Shown here one piece after another: positions 1 through 10,030 of a stretch of 32,000 nt of DNA (position 1 is the first letter of the stretch; every line of letters starts with the position of its first letter). Where the stretch lies: positions 450,001 to 482,000 of the forward strand of contig NC_007335.2 of assembly GCF_000012465.1 (NCBI RefSeq), in the 5' to 3' direction. Under the pieces are notes generated by a model. The model made no database searches. It was not told where the DNA came from and saw only the letters and a program-made list of their open reading frames with translations. This stretch comes from Prochlorococcus marinus str. NATL2A (GTDB lineage: Bacteria > Cyanobacteriota > Cyanobacteriia > PCC-6307 > Cyanobiaceae). The translations under genes and the position numbers were made by a program.

Positions 1-392
1 TTTAAATCATCAACTATTTGAGCTACAGCCTTTTCCATTCCCCTTCTTAATTCGATTGGGCTGGCTCCGGCGGCTGTATTTCTCAAACCTTCTTGAACCA
101 TAAATTGCGCTAAAACTGTTGCAGTAGTTGTTCCATCTCCAGCTTTTTCTTTCGTTTTTGATGCAACCTGTTCAATGAGCTTTGCTCCTATATTTTCAAA
201 TGGATCTTCAAGATCTATTTCCTTTGCAATAGTTACTCCATCATTAACAATATCTGGGGCTCCAAATTTTTTTTCAATAACAACATTTCTACCTTTAGGT
301 CCAATTGTGACTTTTAGAGCGTTGGCTAGATTGTTTACTCCTTTTTCGAGAGCACCGCGAGATTCGTCTGAAAAACTTAGAAGTTTTGCCAT
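1..392 (-). CDS. groEL: Chaperonin GroEL (Cpn60), N-terminal ~130 codons; gene continues off the left edge
   Basis: Absent from the ORF track because it runs off the window. The reverse complement from ATG at 392 reads [96 protein letters not shown]... This is the canonical Cpn60 N-terminus, including the [10 protein letters not shown] motif. No groES lies upstream, so this is a groES-unlinked paralogue (groEL2 type). Confidence 0.9.
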   Translation of the reverse strand, partial: MAKLLSFSDESRGALEKGVNNLANALKVTIGPKGRNVVIEKKFGAPDIVNDGVTIAKEIDLEDPFENIGAKLIEQVASKTKEKAGDGTTTATVLAQFMVQEGLRNTAAGASPIELRRGMEKAVAQIVDDL

Positions 393-520
393 ATTTGATT
401 TGAATTATTATTAATCTCCCACAGGAATCACACATTAGGGGAGGCTAAATAAGTGGGGAAAGCCGAATTGTAATTCACAAATTACTCCCAATTTTTGCAG
501 AAGGTAGTTAGTGTCAACGT

Positions 521-697
521 ATGAACGATCCTGGGGCTTTATTTTTTATTCTCATGGCTGGGTTGGCAGGGACTATGACTTTGATTTATTTCCCTTTGAG
601 GATATTTCTTACAGCTACAGCAAGAAGTAGAAGATTAAAATTATTGCAGCGAATTAGAAGATTGAGAGATGAATTAGGACAGCCTCTTCAAAATTGA
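521..697 (+). CDS. Small hypothetical membrane protein, 58 aa (one TM helix plus Arg-rich tail)
   Basis: ATG at 521, TGA at 695-697; below the track's apparent ~60 aa size floor. Translation: MNDPGALFFILMAGLAGTMTLIYFPLRIFLTATARSRRLKLLQRIRRLRDELGQPLQN. It has a hydrophobic N-terminal helix followed by a basic amphipathic tail. It fills the otherwise empty groEL/fabG gap. No family was recognised. Confidence 0.45.
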   Translation: MNDPGALFFILMAGLAGTMTLIYFPLRIFLTATARSRRLKLLQRIRRLRDELGQPLQN

Positions 698-704
698 TGT
701 TTTC

Positions 705-1457
705 TTAACTCATAACCATCCCTCCATCAACTTGAATTACCTGACCTGTTATGTAAGAAGCCGAAGGATCCGCTGCTAAAAACTTCACTGCCCCTGCAAC
801 ATCTTCAGGGTTGCCGAATCGTCCAAGCGGGATAGCAGAAAGGATTGATTCACTATTCAGATCTTTTGTCATATCAGTTGAAATAAAACCAGGGGCAACT
901 GCATTTACAGTAATTCCTCTGCTGGCAAATTCTTTTGCAGCACTTTGTGTGAGACCTACTACTCCTGCCTTGGCTGCAGAATAATTTGCTTGCCCTGGGT
1001 TGCCCATCAACCCAACGACAGAAGTTATGTTGATAATTCTTCCTTTTTTTTGCTTCAACATCTGCCTTGATACCGCTCTTGTGCAATAAAAAACACCACT
1101 CAAGTTAAGATCTAAAACTTTCTGCCAATCGTCCGTTTTCATTCTCATTAAAAGGCCATCTTTAGTTATACCAGCGTTATTGACGAGGACATCAATTTTA
1201 TTATTTTTCTCCAGTACTGTTTTTATTAATTCATTTACCGAGTTTTCATTAGAAATATCAGCTTGAAGAGGGTATGCTTTGCCTCCAAAGGAGTTTATTT
1301 CTGATACGACTTTATTTGCATTCTCCAAAGATGAAGAATAATTGATGATTACTTCTGCTCCTTCCTTCGCTAGAAAAATTGCAATAGCTTTACCAATACC
1401 TCTGCTTGCGCCAGTTACAATTGCAGTCTGTCCTTCAAGTAATTTTGATAATGTCAT
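705..1457 (-). CDS. fabG: 3-oxoacyl-[acyl-carrier-protein] reductase
   Basis: 250 aa classical SDR. It has TGASRGIGKAIA (TGxxxGIG), NNAG, and the Y..AAK catalytic motif (NYSAAKAG). The overall sequence is typical of FabG. Confidence 0.93.
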   Translation of the reverse strand: MTLSKLLEGQTAIVTGASRGIGKAIAIFLAKEGAEVIINYSSSLENANKVVSEINSFGGKAYPLQADISNENSVNELIKTVLEKNNKIDVLVNNAGITKDGLLMRMKTDDWQKVLDLNLSGVFYCTRAVSRQMLKQKKGRIINITSVVGLMGNPGQANYSAAKAGVVGLTQSAAKEFASRGITVNAVAPGFISTDMTKDLNSESILSAIPLGRFGNPEDVAGAVKFLAADPSASYITGQVIQVDGGMVMS

Positions 1458-1616
1458 AATCTTATGATTTTAAAATCGTTAGAATCGGATAATTATTTTA
1501 TTTAACTTACTATTGACTTACTTGCTTTTTATAAAGACTTTAAGCTCAGATAGTAAAAATAGTTATTTTTACTGGTCGAATATATTGAATAAATAATCAA
1601 TAAAGGGGGATCAGTT

Positions 1617-2294
1617 TTGCATTTGTTAATTGCGGCGGCAGGGAGTGGAAGTCGAATGGGTGCTGATAGAAATAAACTCCTTTTGAAGGTTGCAGGTAAG
1701 ACGGTTTTAGAATGGACTTTAAAAGCAGCTTTCGAGGCTAAAACAATTTCTTGGATTGGAATTATTGGACAACCCAAAGATAAAAATCCCATTTGTTCAA
1801 TTCTTGATAACTCAGTAAAGGCAGTTCAATGGATCAATGGAGGATCAACAAGACAGCAGTCAGTTCAACTGGGATTAGCTGCTCTTCCAAATGATGCAAA
1901 GTCTGTGCTGATTCATGATGGAGCAAGATGCTTGGTGAGATCATTCGTTTTTGATGAGATCTCAAAGATTGTTTCCAAGGGACAATCTGTTATTGCTGCT
2001 TCACAAGTCACTGACACCATAAAAAAGGTTGATATAGATGGTGAGATTATTGAGAGCCCTCCTCGCTCAGATTTATGGGCTGCGCAGACACCTCAGGGTT
2101 TTCCAGTAAATAAACTGAAGCATGCTCATAGTGAAGCAATCTCCAAAGGATGGAATGTAACCGATGATGCATCCTTGTTTGAACGTTTAGGATTGCCAGT
2201 GAAAATATATGATGCAGGACCTTCAAATATTAAAGTGACAACTCCATTTGATCTCGTAATAGCAGAGTCTTTATTGTCTACTTTAAAAGACTAA
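1617..2294 (+). CDS. ispD: 2-C-methyl-D-erythritol 4-phosphate cytidylyltransferase (MEP pathway)
   Basis: 225 aa with a TTG start. N-terminal [13 protein letters not shown] is the IspD nucleotide-binding signature. The protein also contains WAAQTPQGF. The 3' end overlaps the convergent ldcA-like gene by 17 nt. Confidence 0.92.
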   Translation: MHLLIAAAGSGSRMGADRNKLLLKVAGKTVLEWTLKAAFEAKTISWIGIIGQPKDKNPICSILDNSVKAVQWINGGSTRQQSVQLGLAALPNDAKSVLIHDGARCLVRSFVFDEISKIVSKGQSVIAASQVTDTIKKVDIDGEIIESPPRSDLWAAQTPQGFPVNKLKHAHSEAISKGWNVTDDASLFERLGLPVKIYDAGPSNIKVTTPFDLVIAESLLSTLKD

Positions 2295-3153
2295 GGCTCC
2301 CTTTGTCGCCATTCAAGATGGCTTGACTACCTAGTGGAAGTGATGCATTCCCACAGCAGTGTCCAATAGGCAGACTTGAAACGATTGGGATTTTCAGGTC
2401 TTGTGTTCGATCTTTGAAAATTTCAAGAAGCTTAAACGTCTTTGATTTGTCGACGTCCTTCTCATCATCACAACTTGTAAATGAACCAAAACCTAGTCCA
2501 GATAGCTGATGTAGAACTCCAGCCAATCTTAAGTGAGTTAGCATTCTGTCAATTCTGTAGGGAGCTTCTCCAATATCTTCGATGATTAGAATTGATTTTT
2601 TGAAACTTGGGAGATGTTCAGTCCCAATTAAGTGAGTCAGGACAGTGAGGTTGCCAACTATCAGACGCCCCTTTGAAATTCCTCCCCCCCACGGCTCCCC
2701 ATAAATATCTGGTACGCAATTGCCAAACAAAATTGATTTAAGCCTGTCTTTACTCCAATCTGGTTCGGAACCTAAAGTTGTAATTAGTGGACCATGAATG
2801 CCTCCTTGAAATCCACTGGCTAGCCGCGCAAGAAGTATGGAAGTCAAATCAGAAAAGCCTATCATCCAACCTTCTTTCCATGGTTGTTGTTTTTCTAGCA
2901 ATCTTGCTGATCCCCACCCACCTCTGGCAAAAGCTAAGAGAGGGTAATGATTGCTTGGGTGTAATTCATTAAATCTAACTTCATCATTACCTGCTAAATA
3001 ACCCCATGACCTATCTATTTCATCGAAATGGTTACATATCAATCCCCATTCCTGAAGGACTTTGATTCCGGAGTGAAGATCTTCTTTTTTAGTTATTGGC
3101 GAACTTGCCGCAACTATGTGGAAATAATCTCCTTTCTTTATAGGTTCAGTCAT
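2278..3153 (-). CDS. ldcA: LD-carboxypeptidase (peptidase S66, muramoyltetrapeptide carboxypeptidase-like)
   Basis: 291 aa. GFSDLT contains the nucleophile Ser motif. The C-terminal part carries IEDIGE and [13 protein letters not shown], typical of the S66 family. Confidence 0.8.
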   Translation of the reverse strand: MTEPIKKGDYFHIVAASSPITKKEDLHSGIKVLQEWGLICNHFDEIDRSWGYLAGNDEVRFNELHPSNHYPLLAFARGGWGSARLLEKQQPWKEGWMIGFSDLTSILLARLASGFQGGIHGPLITTLGSEPDWSKDRLKSILFGNCVPDIYGEPWGGGISKGRLIVGNLTVLTHLIGTEHLPSFKKSILIIEDIGEAPYRIDRMLTHLRLAGVLHQLSGLGFGSFTSCDDEKDVDKSKTFKLLEIFKDRTQDLKIPIVSSLPIGHCCGNASLPLGSQAILNGDKGSLSLLK

Positions 3154-3178
3154 TTGCGAATCTTGGTCAGTACATTAA

Positions 3179-4069
3179 TTAAATAATCTTGCTGAAGACC
3201 ATGCCAAGAAGTAATAAGCTGCCAAGTCTCACTTGATTGCTGAAATGCAAACCTGAAGTCTTAATACCTTTTGATTTTGAACTTAATAAGAAAACCTCTC
3301 TTTGCATTCCTAAAGTAGTTATCAACCAAAAAGGCCAATAGATTAATCCTAAATTTGCTTTGAAAGCAGCAAGAGCTAGAAAAATACAAGTTAAAAAGTA
3401 GCAAAGAGAAACTGTTTTTAATGACTTTCCCCCGAGACTGATCGCACTGCTATTTAGACCAATTACTTTGTCTTCACTTTCATCTGCCATTGCATAAACA
3501 GTATCAAAACCGAAAGTCCAAAGAATAGTTGCAAGCCAACAAAATAGTAATGTTACTCCTCCTGCTAAAGAAGATTCACTTGCTGCCCAAGGTATTAAAA
3601 CTGAAAAACCCCAGCAAATAGAAAGAATAAGTTGGGGATATTGAAACCATCTTTTCGCTGATGGATATAAAAGAATAAAAGGTAATGATAGGGATGAAAG
3701 GAGAAGGCATAAATTCCTACTATCTTGTGGGATTGAAAGAACTATAAATAGACTAAAAAATAACATTAAAATTAGTAGTATCCATGCTGCCTTTAGAGAT
3801 ACTTTTCCATTGGCTAATGGTCTCTCTTTTGTTCTTATTACCTTCTTGTCAAACTTTCTATCCCAAATATCATTAGCGATACATCCAGCACCGCTTACAA
3901 ATAATCCACCTAAAATTATTATTCCCAAAATTAATAGAGAAGGAGGGGCTGCAGGAGTTAGCCAAAGAGACCAGCCAGAGGGAATGAGAAGTATCAATCT
4001 TCCGCTGGGTTTGTTCCATCTAAGAAGTTGAAAATAATATCCCATTTTTTGGGTAAGAAGATTATTCAC
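3179..4069 (-). CDS. ubiA: 4-hydroxybenzoate polyprenyl(solanesyl)transferase, UbiA family (plastoquinone pathway in cyanobacteria)
   Basis: 296 aa polytopic membrane protein. It has NDIWDRKFD (the first Asp-rich UbiA motif) and DTVYAMAD (the second motif). The track start is GTG at 4069; an in-frame ATG 8 codons downstream is an alternative start. Confidence 0.85.
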   Translation of the reverse strand: MNNLLTQKMGYYFQLLRWNKPSGRLILLIPSGWSLWLTPAAPPSLLILGIIILGGLFVSGAGCIANDIWDRKFDKKVIRTKERPLANGKVSLKAAWILLILMLFFSLFIVLSIPQDSRNLCLLLSSLSLPFILLYPSAKRWFQYPQLILSICWGFSVLIPWAASESSLAGGVTLLFCWLATILWTFGFDTVYAMADESEDKVIGLNSSAISLGGKSLKTVSLCYFLTCIFLALAAFKANLGLIYWPFWLITTLGMQREVFLLSSKSKGIKTSGLHFSNQVRLGSLLLLGMVFSKII

Positions 4070-4154
4070 GAAAATTCAAATTGATAATGATTTATAAGGT
4101 CTTCTCAATGGGGTGCTGAGGGTGTCAGAGTATTGAGGTTAAACCTACTTATTT

Positions 4155-5789
4155 ATGTTAGGTGACTCAATAAATAATTCCTCTGAAAGGAATTCTATTG
4201 AATTAGATCTTGGCGAAAAGGAAGATGCTGAATTATGCCGTGTGGCAACAATTGATATTGGCACCAACTCAACGCATTTATTAATTGCAAAGATTGAGCG
4301 AAAATTAAATACTTTTAGTATTGAACTTGCAGAGAAATCGACAACACGACTAGGAGAAAGAGATCCTCAGACAGGAGAACTTACATCCCTTGCTATGAAT
4401 AGGGCTTTTTCAACATTAAAGAGGTTTAAGGATTTATCAGAAAGTTATAAAGTTGAGAGTCTTATTATTGCCGCTACAAGTGCAGTTAGAGAAGCACCAA
4501 ATGGGAAAATCTTTATTGCTGAAATTAAAAAGAAGATAGGCTTAGATGTTGAATTGATAAGCGGAGCAGAAGAAGCAAGATTGATTTATCTAGGTGTACT
4601 TTCAGGGATGCAATTTGGGAATAAACCTCATCTCGTCCTAGACATTGGAGGAGGTTCGACAGAATTAATCCTTGCTGATAGCTCTGAGGCTCGAGCATTA
4701 ACAAGTACAAAGATTGGAGCAGTAAGATTACAAAGAGAATTTATTAAAAAAGATCCAATATCCTCTCAAAATGAATTGTTTTTAAGGTCATTTATCAGAG
4801 GCTCTATGGAGTCTGCAATTGATAAAGTATCTAAGAGAATTGAAGCGGGAGAAATACCAGTTTTAGTAGCAACTAGTGGAACTGCTATGGCTATTGGGTC
4901 GTTAATATCTAATAAAGAAAATCATATGCAATCAAAATTACAAGGATATAAAATCACAAAAAATAATTTAGATATAATTGTTAGTCAGTTAATTAAAATG
5001 ACACCTTCTGAACGGAGTCAATTATCCTCATTAAGTGAAAGAAGATCTGAGATTATTGTTCCAGGCGCTTTGATTTTGCAAACCATAATGAATATGGTCG
5101 ATGTTAATGAAATTATTTTAAGTGAAAGAGCTCTTCGGGAAGGATTGGTTGTTGATTGGATGTGTCGAAATAATTATTTAAAAGATCAGCTGAGTTTTCA
5201 AGGATCAATTAGAGAAAGAACAGTTATTCATCAAGCGAAAAGATTTGGTGTTAATTCAAAACGATCAAAAAGTGTATCAGAATTTGCACTTACTTTTTAT
5301 GATCAGACTAAGGGGATTTTGCACAATGATAATGGTGGAGGTAGAGATCTTTTGTGGGCAGCAGCTAAGCTTCACGCATGTGGTAAACAAATTAACATAA
5401 GTGCCTATCACAAGCATTCGTGGTATTTAATCAAAAATGGAGAGCTCTTAGGTTATTCCCAAAGTGAGCATTTAATGGTTGCTGCTATTGCAAGGTATCA
5501 CAGGAAAAGTTTTCCAAAAAAAAGACATGAATCTTGGCAATTATTGGTTAATGAAAGTCAAAGAAGTTTGGTAGCTGATATGTCTTTACTTCTTCGACTT
5601 TCATGCTCTTTGGATAGAAGGCCAGAACCTTTGGTATCCAAAATAGTTATTGAAGCTAATAACAAGGTAGTTAATATAGAGCTGATTCCTAATAACTTAG
5701 GTCAAAATTTAGATCTTGAGAAATGGAGCTTAAATAAGGCAATTTTACTTGTTAAAAAGATTATGGATGTTGATATAAATATACTTTAA
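4155..5789 (+). CDS. ppx: Exopolyphosphatase (Ppx/GppA family)
   Basis: 544 aa. It has an N-terminal actin-like ATPase fold (IDIGTNSTHLL, LDIGGGSTEL) and a C-terminal HD-like region (YHKHSWYLI..., ARYHRK). Confidence 0.85.
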   Translation: MLGDSINNSSERNSIELDLGEKEDAELCRVATIDIGTNSTHLLIAKIERKLNTFSIELAEKSTTRLGERDPQTGELTSLAMNRAFSTLKRFKDLSESYKVESLIIAATSAVREAPNGKIFIAEIKKKIGLDVELISGAEEARLIYLGVLSGMQFGNKPHLVLDIGGGSTELILADSSEARALTSTKIGAVRLQREFIKKDPISSQNELFLRSFIRGSMESAIDKVSKRIEAGEIPVLVATSGTAMAIGSLISNKENHMQSKLQGYKITKNNLDIIVSQLIKMTPSERSQLSSLSERRSEIIVPGALILQTIMNMVDVNEIILSERALREGLVVDWMCRNNYLKDQLSFQGSIRERTVIHQAKRFGVNSKRSKSVSEFALTFYDQTKGILHNDNGGGRDLLWAAAKLHACGKQINISAYHKHSWYLIKNGELLGYSQSEHLMVAAIARYHRKSFPKKRHESWQLLVNESQRSLVADMSLLLRLSCSLDRRPEPLVSKIVIEANNKVVNIELIPNNLGQNLDLEKWSLNKAILLVKKIMDVDINIL

Positions 5790-6283
5790 GAAGATATCTT
5801 TTTGTCTAATAAAAAGATATCACTTCGCTTAGGATTAAAGGAATCATTTTGTCCTTTTTGAATATATTTTAATAGCATAATCGAAGTAAATAATCCTAAA
5901 GCACCCGATAAAATTACAATGATAAATGGATTGAAGTTTTTGTTTTTTCTAGTATTTTTCTTCTTAATCACAGGGCTAGGTTTAGGTTCATTTTTTTTCT
6001 TTTCATTAAGTTCTTCAAGAATAAAACTTGTATCTAAGTTTAATTTCTCGGCAATTCTTCGAACCATTGCTCTAATAAAAACTTTTTCAGGAAGTGCGCT
6101 TTCGTCTCCTGTCTCAAGTGCAATCAATTGTTCTTTCCCAATTCTTAGTGAGGAAGATAGATCCTCTACTGAAAGATTTCTACCTTGTCGGGCTTCTCTG
6201 AGAAACTCACCAACAGTTCGTAATGAGGATTTTTTATTTGCGACATGAGAATTACCGCTTTTTCTTTCTTCACTTTTTTCCAA
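5786..6283 (-). CDS. Helix-turn-helix (RodZ-like, HTH_25) single-pass membrane protein
   Basis: 165 aa. The only available start is TTG. An XRE-type HTH (TVGEFLREARQGRNLSVEDLSSSLRIGKEQLIALETG) is followed by a Lys-rich linker and one TM helix. The 3' end overlaps the ppx stop by 4 nt. Confidence 0.6.
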   Translation of the reverse strand: MEKSEERKSGNSHVANKKSSLRTVGEFLREARQGRNLSVEDLSSSLRIGKEQLIALETGDESALPEKVFIRAMVRRIAEKLNLDTSFILEELNEKKKNEPKPSPVIKKKNTRKNKNFNPFIIVILSGALGLFTSIMLLKYIQKGQNDSFNPKRSDIFLLDKKISS

Positions 6284-6400
6284 TTAAAAACCTTTTGGGT
6301 ATTTAGATTATTCTAAAGGCTCTGTAAAGTCGATTGTCTCTAAAAGATAATTTATCTCTAGCTCTAGTCATTGTTAAAATACAATCCTTAGTTTTTATCT

Positions 6401-7153
6401 TTAACTCGACCTAAATAAATGTGAATGAGTAGGATTATAAAGCTTTGATCTATTATTACCGATTTTTAGAGTTGGACTGATTATATATAAAGTTGTTCTG
6501 ATCAAATTTTGTTCTTGAGATGTTTTTGCCATCTCAGTCAAAGGTATGACTTTTATCCATTCGTCTGGCCAAGTTACTCTATATGCAATTGCTACAGGGG
6601 TGTTCGCAGGATAATACTTTATAAGTATGGATTGCACTTCTTCCACATGTCTTGCACTTAGGTAGAGACATAAAGAAGATTGAATAGATGCTAGCTTTTG
6701 AAGGCTCTCCCTCTTTGGTTTTCCTGTCCTACCATCAGCTCTGCTTAGTATTATTGTTTGGGTTAAATCTGGAACTGTTAGTTCGAATCCTAAAGTTGCT
6801 GCTGTTGCTTGATATGCGCTTACTCCCGGTACTACTTCTACCTCAATCCCTTCATCATTTAATCTGCATATTTGTTCTGATATGGCTCCATATAAGCAAG
6901 GATCACCATCATGGAGACGAACAATTTTTTTACCTTCCTTATGCTTTTTAATTAAGATTAAAAGTATTTCTTCTAGTGTTAATGAACTTGTCTTTATCTT
7001 TTCACAATCATCTTTAACAAGTTTTGTAATTTGTATAGGAATGAGAGAGTCTGTCCAAACAAGAACATCTGCTGATTTAAGTCTTTGTTGAGCTCTTATT
7101 GTCATTAAGTCTAAAGCGCCTGGACCTGCGCCAACAATTGAAATCGGATTCAT
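6401..7153 (-). CDS. cobM: Precorrin-4 C11-methyltransferase (cobalamin biosynthesis)
   Basis: 250 aa. [12 protein letters not shown] and [10 protein letters not shown] are tetrapyrrole methylase signatures. The overall sequence is CobM/CbiF-like. Its ATG overlaps the lgt TGA (ATGA). Confidence 0.88.
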   Translation of the reverse strand: MNPISIVGAGPGALDLMTIRAQQRLKSADVLVWTDSLIPIQITKLVKDDCEKIKTSSLTLEEILLILIKKHKEGKKIVRLHDGDPCLYGAISEQICRLNDEGIEVEVVPGVSAYQATAATLGFELTVPDLTQTIILSRADGRTGKPKRESLQKLASIQSSLCLYLSARHVEEVQSILIKYYPANTPVAIAYRVTWPDEWIKVIPLTEMAKTSQEQNLIRTTLYIISPTLKIGNNRSKLYNPTHSHLFRSS

Positions 7154-8061
7154 TGATTTCTCCCATTCATCGAGGAAGGATCGGGGAGCGCTTTTTTAGA
7201 AACATAAATTCTCCATATTCCTAATAAACCTGCACTAATTAAAAATAAGCTAATCAATTGTGCGATTCTTAGTCCTCCTTCACAAAAAGGTGGAACCCCA
7301 CCCAAGCAGAGAGGATCAGTTCTTAAGCCTTCTATCCAAAACCTGCCTAAGCTGTAAGTGATTAAATACAAGCAACTTAAGCTACCAGGTGGAAGCTTAA
7401 GGTCTTTTTTATTTGCCTTTCTAAAAAGAAAAATCAGTATGCCAAAAACAAAAATATTCCATACTGATTCATAAAGAAAGGTAGGGTGAAAATAATCTAT
7501 TGTTGAGAAGATTTCTGGCCTAAATCTATAAGGTATAAATAATTTCCAGGGTAAATTTGTAGGTATCCCAAAAGCTTCATTATTAAAAAAATTTCCCCAT
7601 CTACCTATTGCTTGGCCTAATGCAACTGAGGGGACCAAAACATCAATAACATCCCAAAAATGTTCTTGTCTCCAGCGGCAAAAAAATATGATGGACAATG
7701 TACCCATTATCAGTGCCCCATGAATTGCAATTCCTCCTCCCCAGATTTCTAGCGCACTGGGAATAGGAATATTTAAGTTTAGGAAATTAATTGAACTCCA
7801 GAAGTTTTTGCCAGTGTAATTTCTCCATTCAAATGCAACATAATAAATTCTTGCACCAATTACAGATGCCAAAACTAAAATAGGAAGTAAATCGTTAATA
7901 AGGCTTTTTTTTAATCCTTTTTTTGAGGCTAACTCACTTGATAAATTTAGACCTACTAAAACTGAAATAGCTATTAGCAATCCATACCACCTTAAAGAAA
8001 AAGGGCCCAGTTGAAACAACTCAGGCCCAGGTGATCTAAGCGCTAAAAAAATATGTTCCAT
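7150..8061 (-). CDS. lgt: Prolipoprotein diacylglyceryl transferase
   Basis: Polytopic membrane protein with [23 protein letters not shown] and the GLRTDPL region typical of Lgt. The track begins at TTG 8064; I use the adjacent ATG at 8061. Confidence 0.9.
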   Translation of the reverse strand: MEHIFLALRSPGPELFQLGPFSLRWYGLLIAISVLVGLNLSSELASKKGLKKSLINDLLPILVLASVIGARIYYVAFEWRNYTGKNFWSSINFLNLNIPIPSALEIWGGGIAIHGALIMGTLSIIFFCRWRQEHFWDVIDVLVPSVALGQAIGRWGNFFNNEAFGIPTNLPWKLFIPYRFRPEIFSTIDYFHPTFLYESVWNIFVFGILIFLFRKANKKDLKLPPGSLSCLYLITYSLGRFWIEGLRTDPLCLGGVPPFCEGGLRIAQLISLFLISAGLLGIWRIYVSKKALPDPSSMNGRNQ

Positions 8062-8074
8062 CAACTAGTTGAAT

Positions 8075-9040
8075 TTATATTCCTTCAGCAGCTTGAACTT
8101 TTTCTACTTGTTTCTTTTTAAGAACTAGCATTATTTGGGATAAGCCAACTCCTATAAAGAAAATTATCATTCCAATAACTCTTGCTTTACTTTGTAAAAC
8201 TATCTCTTTGTCAAGTTGCCCAAAACCTCCAACATTTGGATCTTCAGTTAATTTTGCACCTTTCTCAATAGTGTCGCCTTCTTTTATTAATAATGAAGTC
8301 CCTGCAGGAAGATTTTCAGTAAAACTTTCTCCTTCTTCATTGTTTAGATTAATTATTTGTGATCCATCTTCGTTAGTTTCTATTGAAGTTATTGTCCCTG
8401 AATTGGTTGCAGTAAACAAATTGTTATTGCTCTTCTCACCAGTTGGATAAACCTGACCTCTTCCTCTATTACCCCCTACATGAATTGAATACTTTCCAAA
8501 ATTATAATTGCTGTCTTTTCTTGGATCAGGTGATAATACAGGGAAGACAATCTCTCTATTTTGATCCCCAGGTAAAGGACCTACTAAAATAATATTTTCT
8601 TGTTCCTCGCTGTATTGGGTGAAGTAAACACCTTGTGTCTCTTCTTTTATTTCATCAGTCCATCTTTCTTGAGGCGCAAGTTTAAATCCATCTGGAAGCA
8701 TTACAACGGCTCCGACTTGGAGAGGAACTTTGCTTCCATCAGCTCCTATCTCTTGTAGGTCCTTTTTATAGGGTATTTCTACGACTGTTTTGAAAACACT
8801 ATCAGCAGCAACTGCCTGAGGCACTTCAGCTCTTGTTGGCATACTAGCTACATGACAATTAGCACAAACAATTTTTCCAGTTGCTTCTCTAGGATTTTCA
8901 AATTTTTGTTGAGCCCAAAATGGGTAGGCCCAAGTTGGTTGAGGAATTAAAAATATTGAAAATCCAATAAAAACTGAAAAGAGAATAAGTTTTAATGAGC
9001 GACTCATGGTTTTAGAAATGGTATAAAAGTTTTTTTTCAT
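8075..9040 (-). CDS. petA: Cytochrome f (apocytochrome f precursor)
   Basis: 321 aa. A signal peptide is followed by the mature N-terminus YPFWAQQ, heme-binding CANCH, and a C-terminal TM anchor. It lies immediately downstream of petC, the classic petCA operon. Confidence 0.95.
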   Translation of the reverse strand: MKKNFYTISKTMSRSLKLILFSVFIGFSIFLIPQPTWAYPFWAQQKFENPREATGKIVCANCHVASMPTRAEVPQAVAADSVFKTVVEIPYKKDLQEIGADGSKVPLQVGAVVMLPDGFKLAPQERWTDEIKEETQGVYFTQYSEEQENIILVGPLPGDQNREIVFPVLSPDPRKDSNYNFGKYSIHVGGNRGRGQVYPTGEKSNNNLFTATNSGTITSIETNEDGSQIINLNNEEGESFTENLPAGTSLLIKEGDTIEKGAKLTEDPNVGGFGQLDKEIVLQSKARVIGMIIFFIGVGLSQIMLVLKKKQVEKVQAAEGI

Positions 9041-9047
9041 TTATTGA

Positions 9048-9584
9048 TCATCCCCACCAAGGATCAGTACCAGTTCGAAAATCAGTTTCTGTCCACTGAC
9101 TTACTAGAACTTGATCATCCTCAATTGAGACATGAGCTATGGCTAGAGATAGAGGGGCTGGTCCTCTAACAACTTTTCCTGTTGAATCGTATTGACTTCC
9201 ATGACATGGACACATATATTTATTTGCTCCGCTATTCCATGGCACTACACAACCAAGGTGAGTACAAATAGCATTGATTCCGTAACTAGTAATTGCATCC
9301 TCGCCTTCAACTATTAGGTAGGTTGGATCACCTTTAAGCCCTTGAACCAAACTTCTATCACCAACTGGATGGGTTGATAGCCAACCACTTGCACTTACAT
9401 TATTTCCTAACTCATCTTTTGCATTTGTTCCACCACCACCACCACCAGCCCTATATGGGGTGAAGTATTGGGCTACTGGATATAACGCTCCTAAAGCAAC
9501 CCCTGTAACTGTTCCAAAAGTAAGCAGATTCATGAACTGCCTCCTGCCCATTGAGGGCACATCTGCAGTTGTCATTTGTGTCAT
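9048..9584 (-). CDS. petC: Cytochrome b6-f Rieske iron-sulfur subunit
   Basis: CTHLGC and CPCHGS are the 2Fe-2S boxes. A twin-arginine motif (GRRQFMN) precedes the TM helix, and there is a poly-Gly hinge. The track ORF starts 3 codons earlier (9593, MSV-). The start at MTQM (9584) gives 178 aa. Confidence 0.92.
9430..9447 (-). repeat. (CCA)6 / (TGG)6 trinucleotide microsatellite encoding the Rieske Gly6 hinge
   Basis: The plus strand reads ccaccaccaccaccacca. The coding strand is GGT x5 followed by GGA, giving AGGGGGGT in PetC. Confidence 0.95.
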
Positions 9585-9667
9585 TACAGACATTCACCTA
9601 TATAAAGATATTAGACCAGAATGGACACATAAAGGGTTATTAATCTCTGCCAAGACTGGCTTTTGAC

Positions 9668-10030
9668 ATGAGTTTTAAATCTAATGAATTGAATACTGGT
9701 AGCTTTCCTTCTCCAATCCCCTTGGAAGTAGACGAAGTAGTGGGGTGCTTAAGAAGGCGATGGGGTGTCACATATGATTTGAAATTGTTAATCAAAAAAG
9801 ACAGAATATATTTACAAATGATGTGGGGATTTTTAGAACAACAATCTTTTCCATTGGACGAGGAGACCTTTAGAGAAAATTTAAATCGAACCCTAGAAAT
9901 TATTAATCGGGCAGGTCAATCAGGTTTCGTAAGAAATTGGTTGGAAAATGTACAGGCAAAGCCAAGACTTGGAAGGGCAATAACTTTACCTTTGCCTATG
10001 GATCAAAGGATGGACGAATTTGTCCTTTGA
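9668..10030 (+). CDS. Conserved cyanobacterial/plastid-lineage protein (DUF3067-like)
   Basis: 120 aa. The RRRWGVTYDLKLL...IYLQMMWGFLEQQSFPL...KPRLGRAITLPL pattern matches my memory of the DUF3067 family. The 3' end overlaps tatC by 35 nt. Confidence 0.65.
   Translation: MSFKSNELNTGSFPSPIPLEVDEVVGCLRRRWGVTYDLKLLIKKDRIYLQMMWGFLEQQSFPLDEETFRENLNRTLEIINRAGQSGFVRNWLENVQAKPRLGRAITLPLPMDQRMDEFVL

Noticed and set aside
175-414. 79-aa plus-strand ORF from the track
   Set aside because: It is entirely antisense to the unmistakable groEL N-terminus on the minus strand. Its Ser/Phe/Ile-rich, low-complexity translation is typical of a shadow frame.
415-490. Complementary CTCCC / GGGAG / UGGGG / CUCCCA segments upstream of groEL as a riboswitch-like alternative structure or CIRCE element
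   Set aside because: The stems are only 5 bp with long loops. There is no match to the CIRCE consensus, and this is within chance expectation.
5919-6248. 109-aa plus-strand ORF
   Set aside because: It is antisense to the RodZ-like HTH gene. The Phe/Leu/Ser low-complexity product simply reflects the Lys/Glu-rich sense strand.
6688-7091. Remaining short track ORFs nested in or antisense to confidently assigned genes. Examples: 874-1086, 1529-1792, 2787-2972, 3810-4031, 4525-4710, 6688-6951, 6882-7091, 8208-8450, 9460-9666, 12498-12821, 14157-14405, 17832-18014, 18483-18728, 19491-19682, 22811-22996, 26642-26827, 30791-31039, 31729-31914
   Set aside because: Each lies wholly or largely within, and mostly antisense to, a gene with a strong family signature. 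19491-19682 runs across tRNA-Trp. None has a motif of its own.
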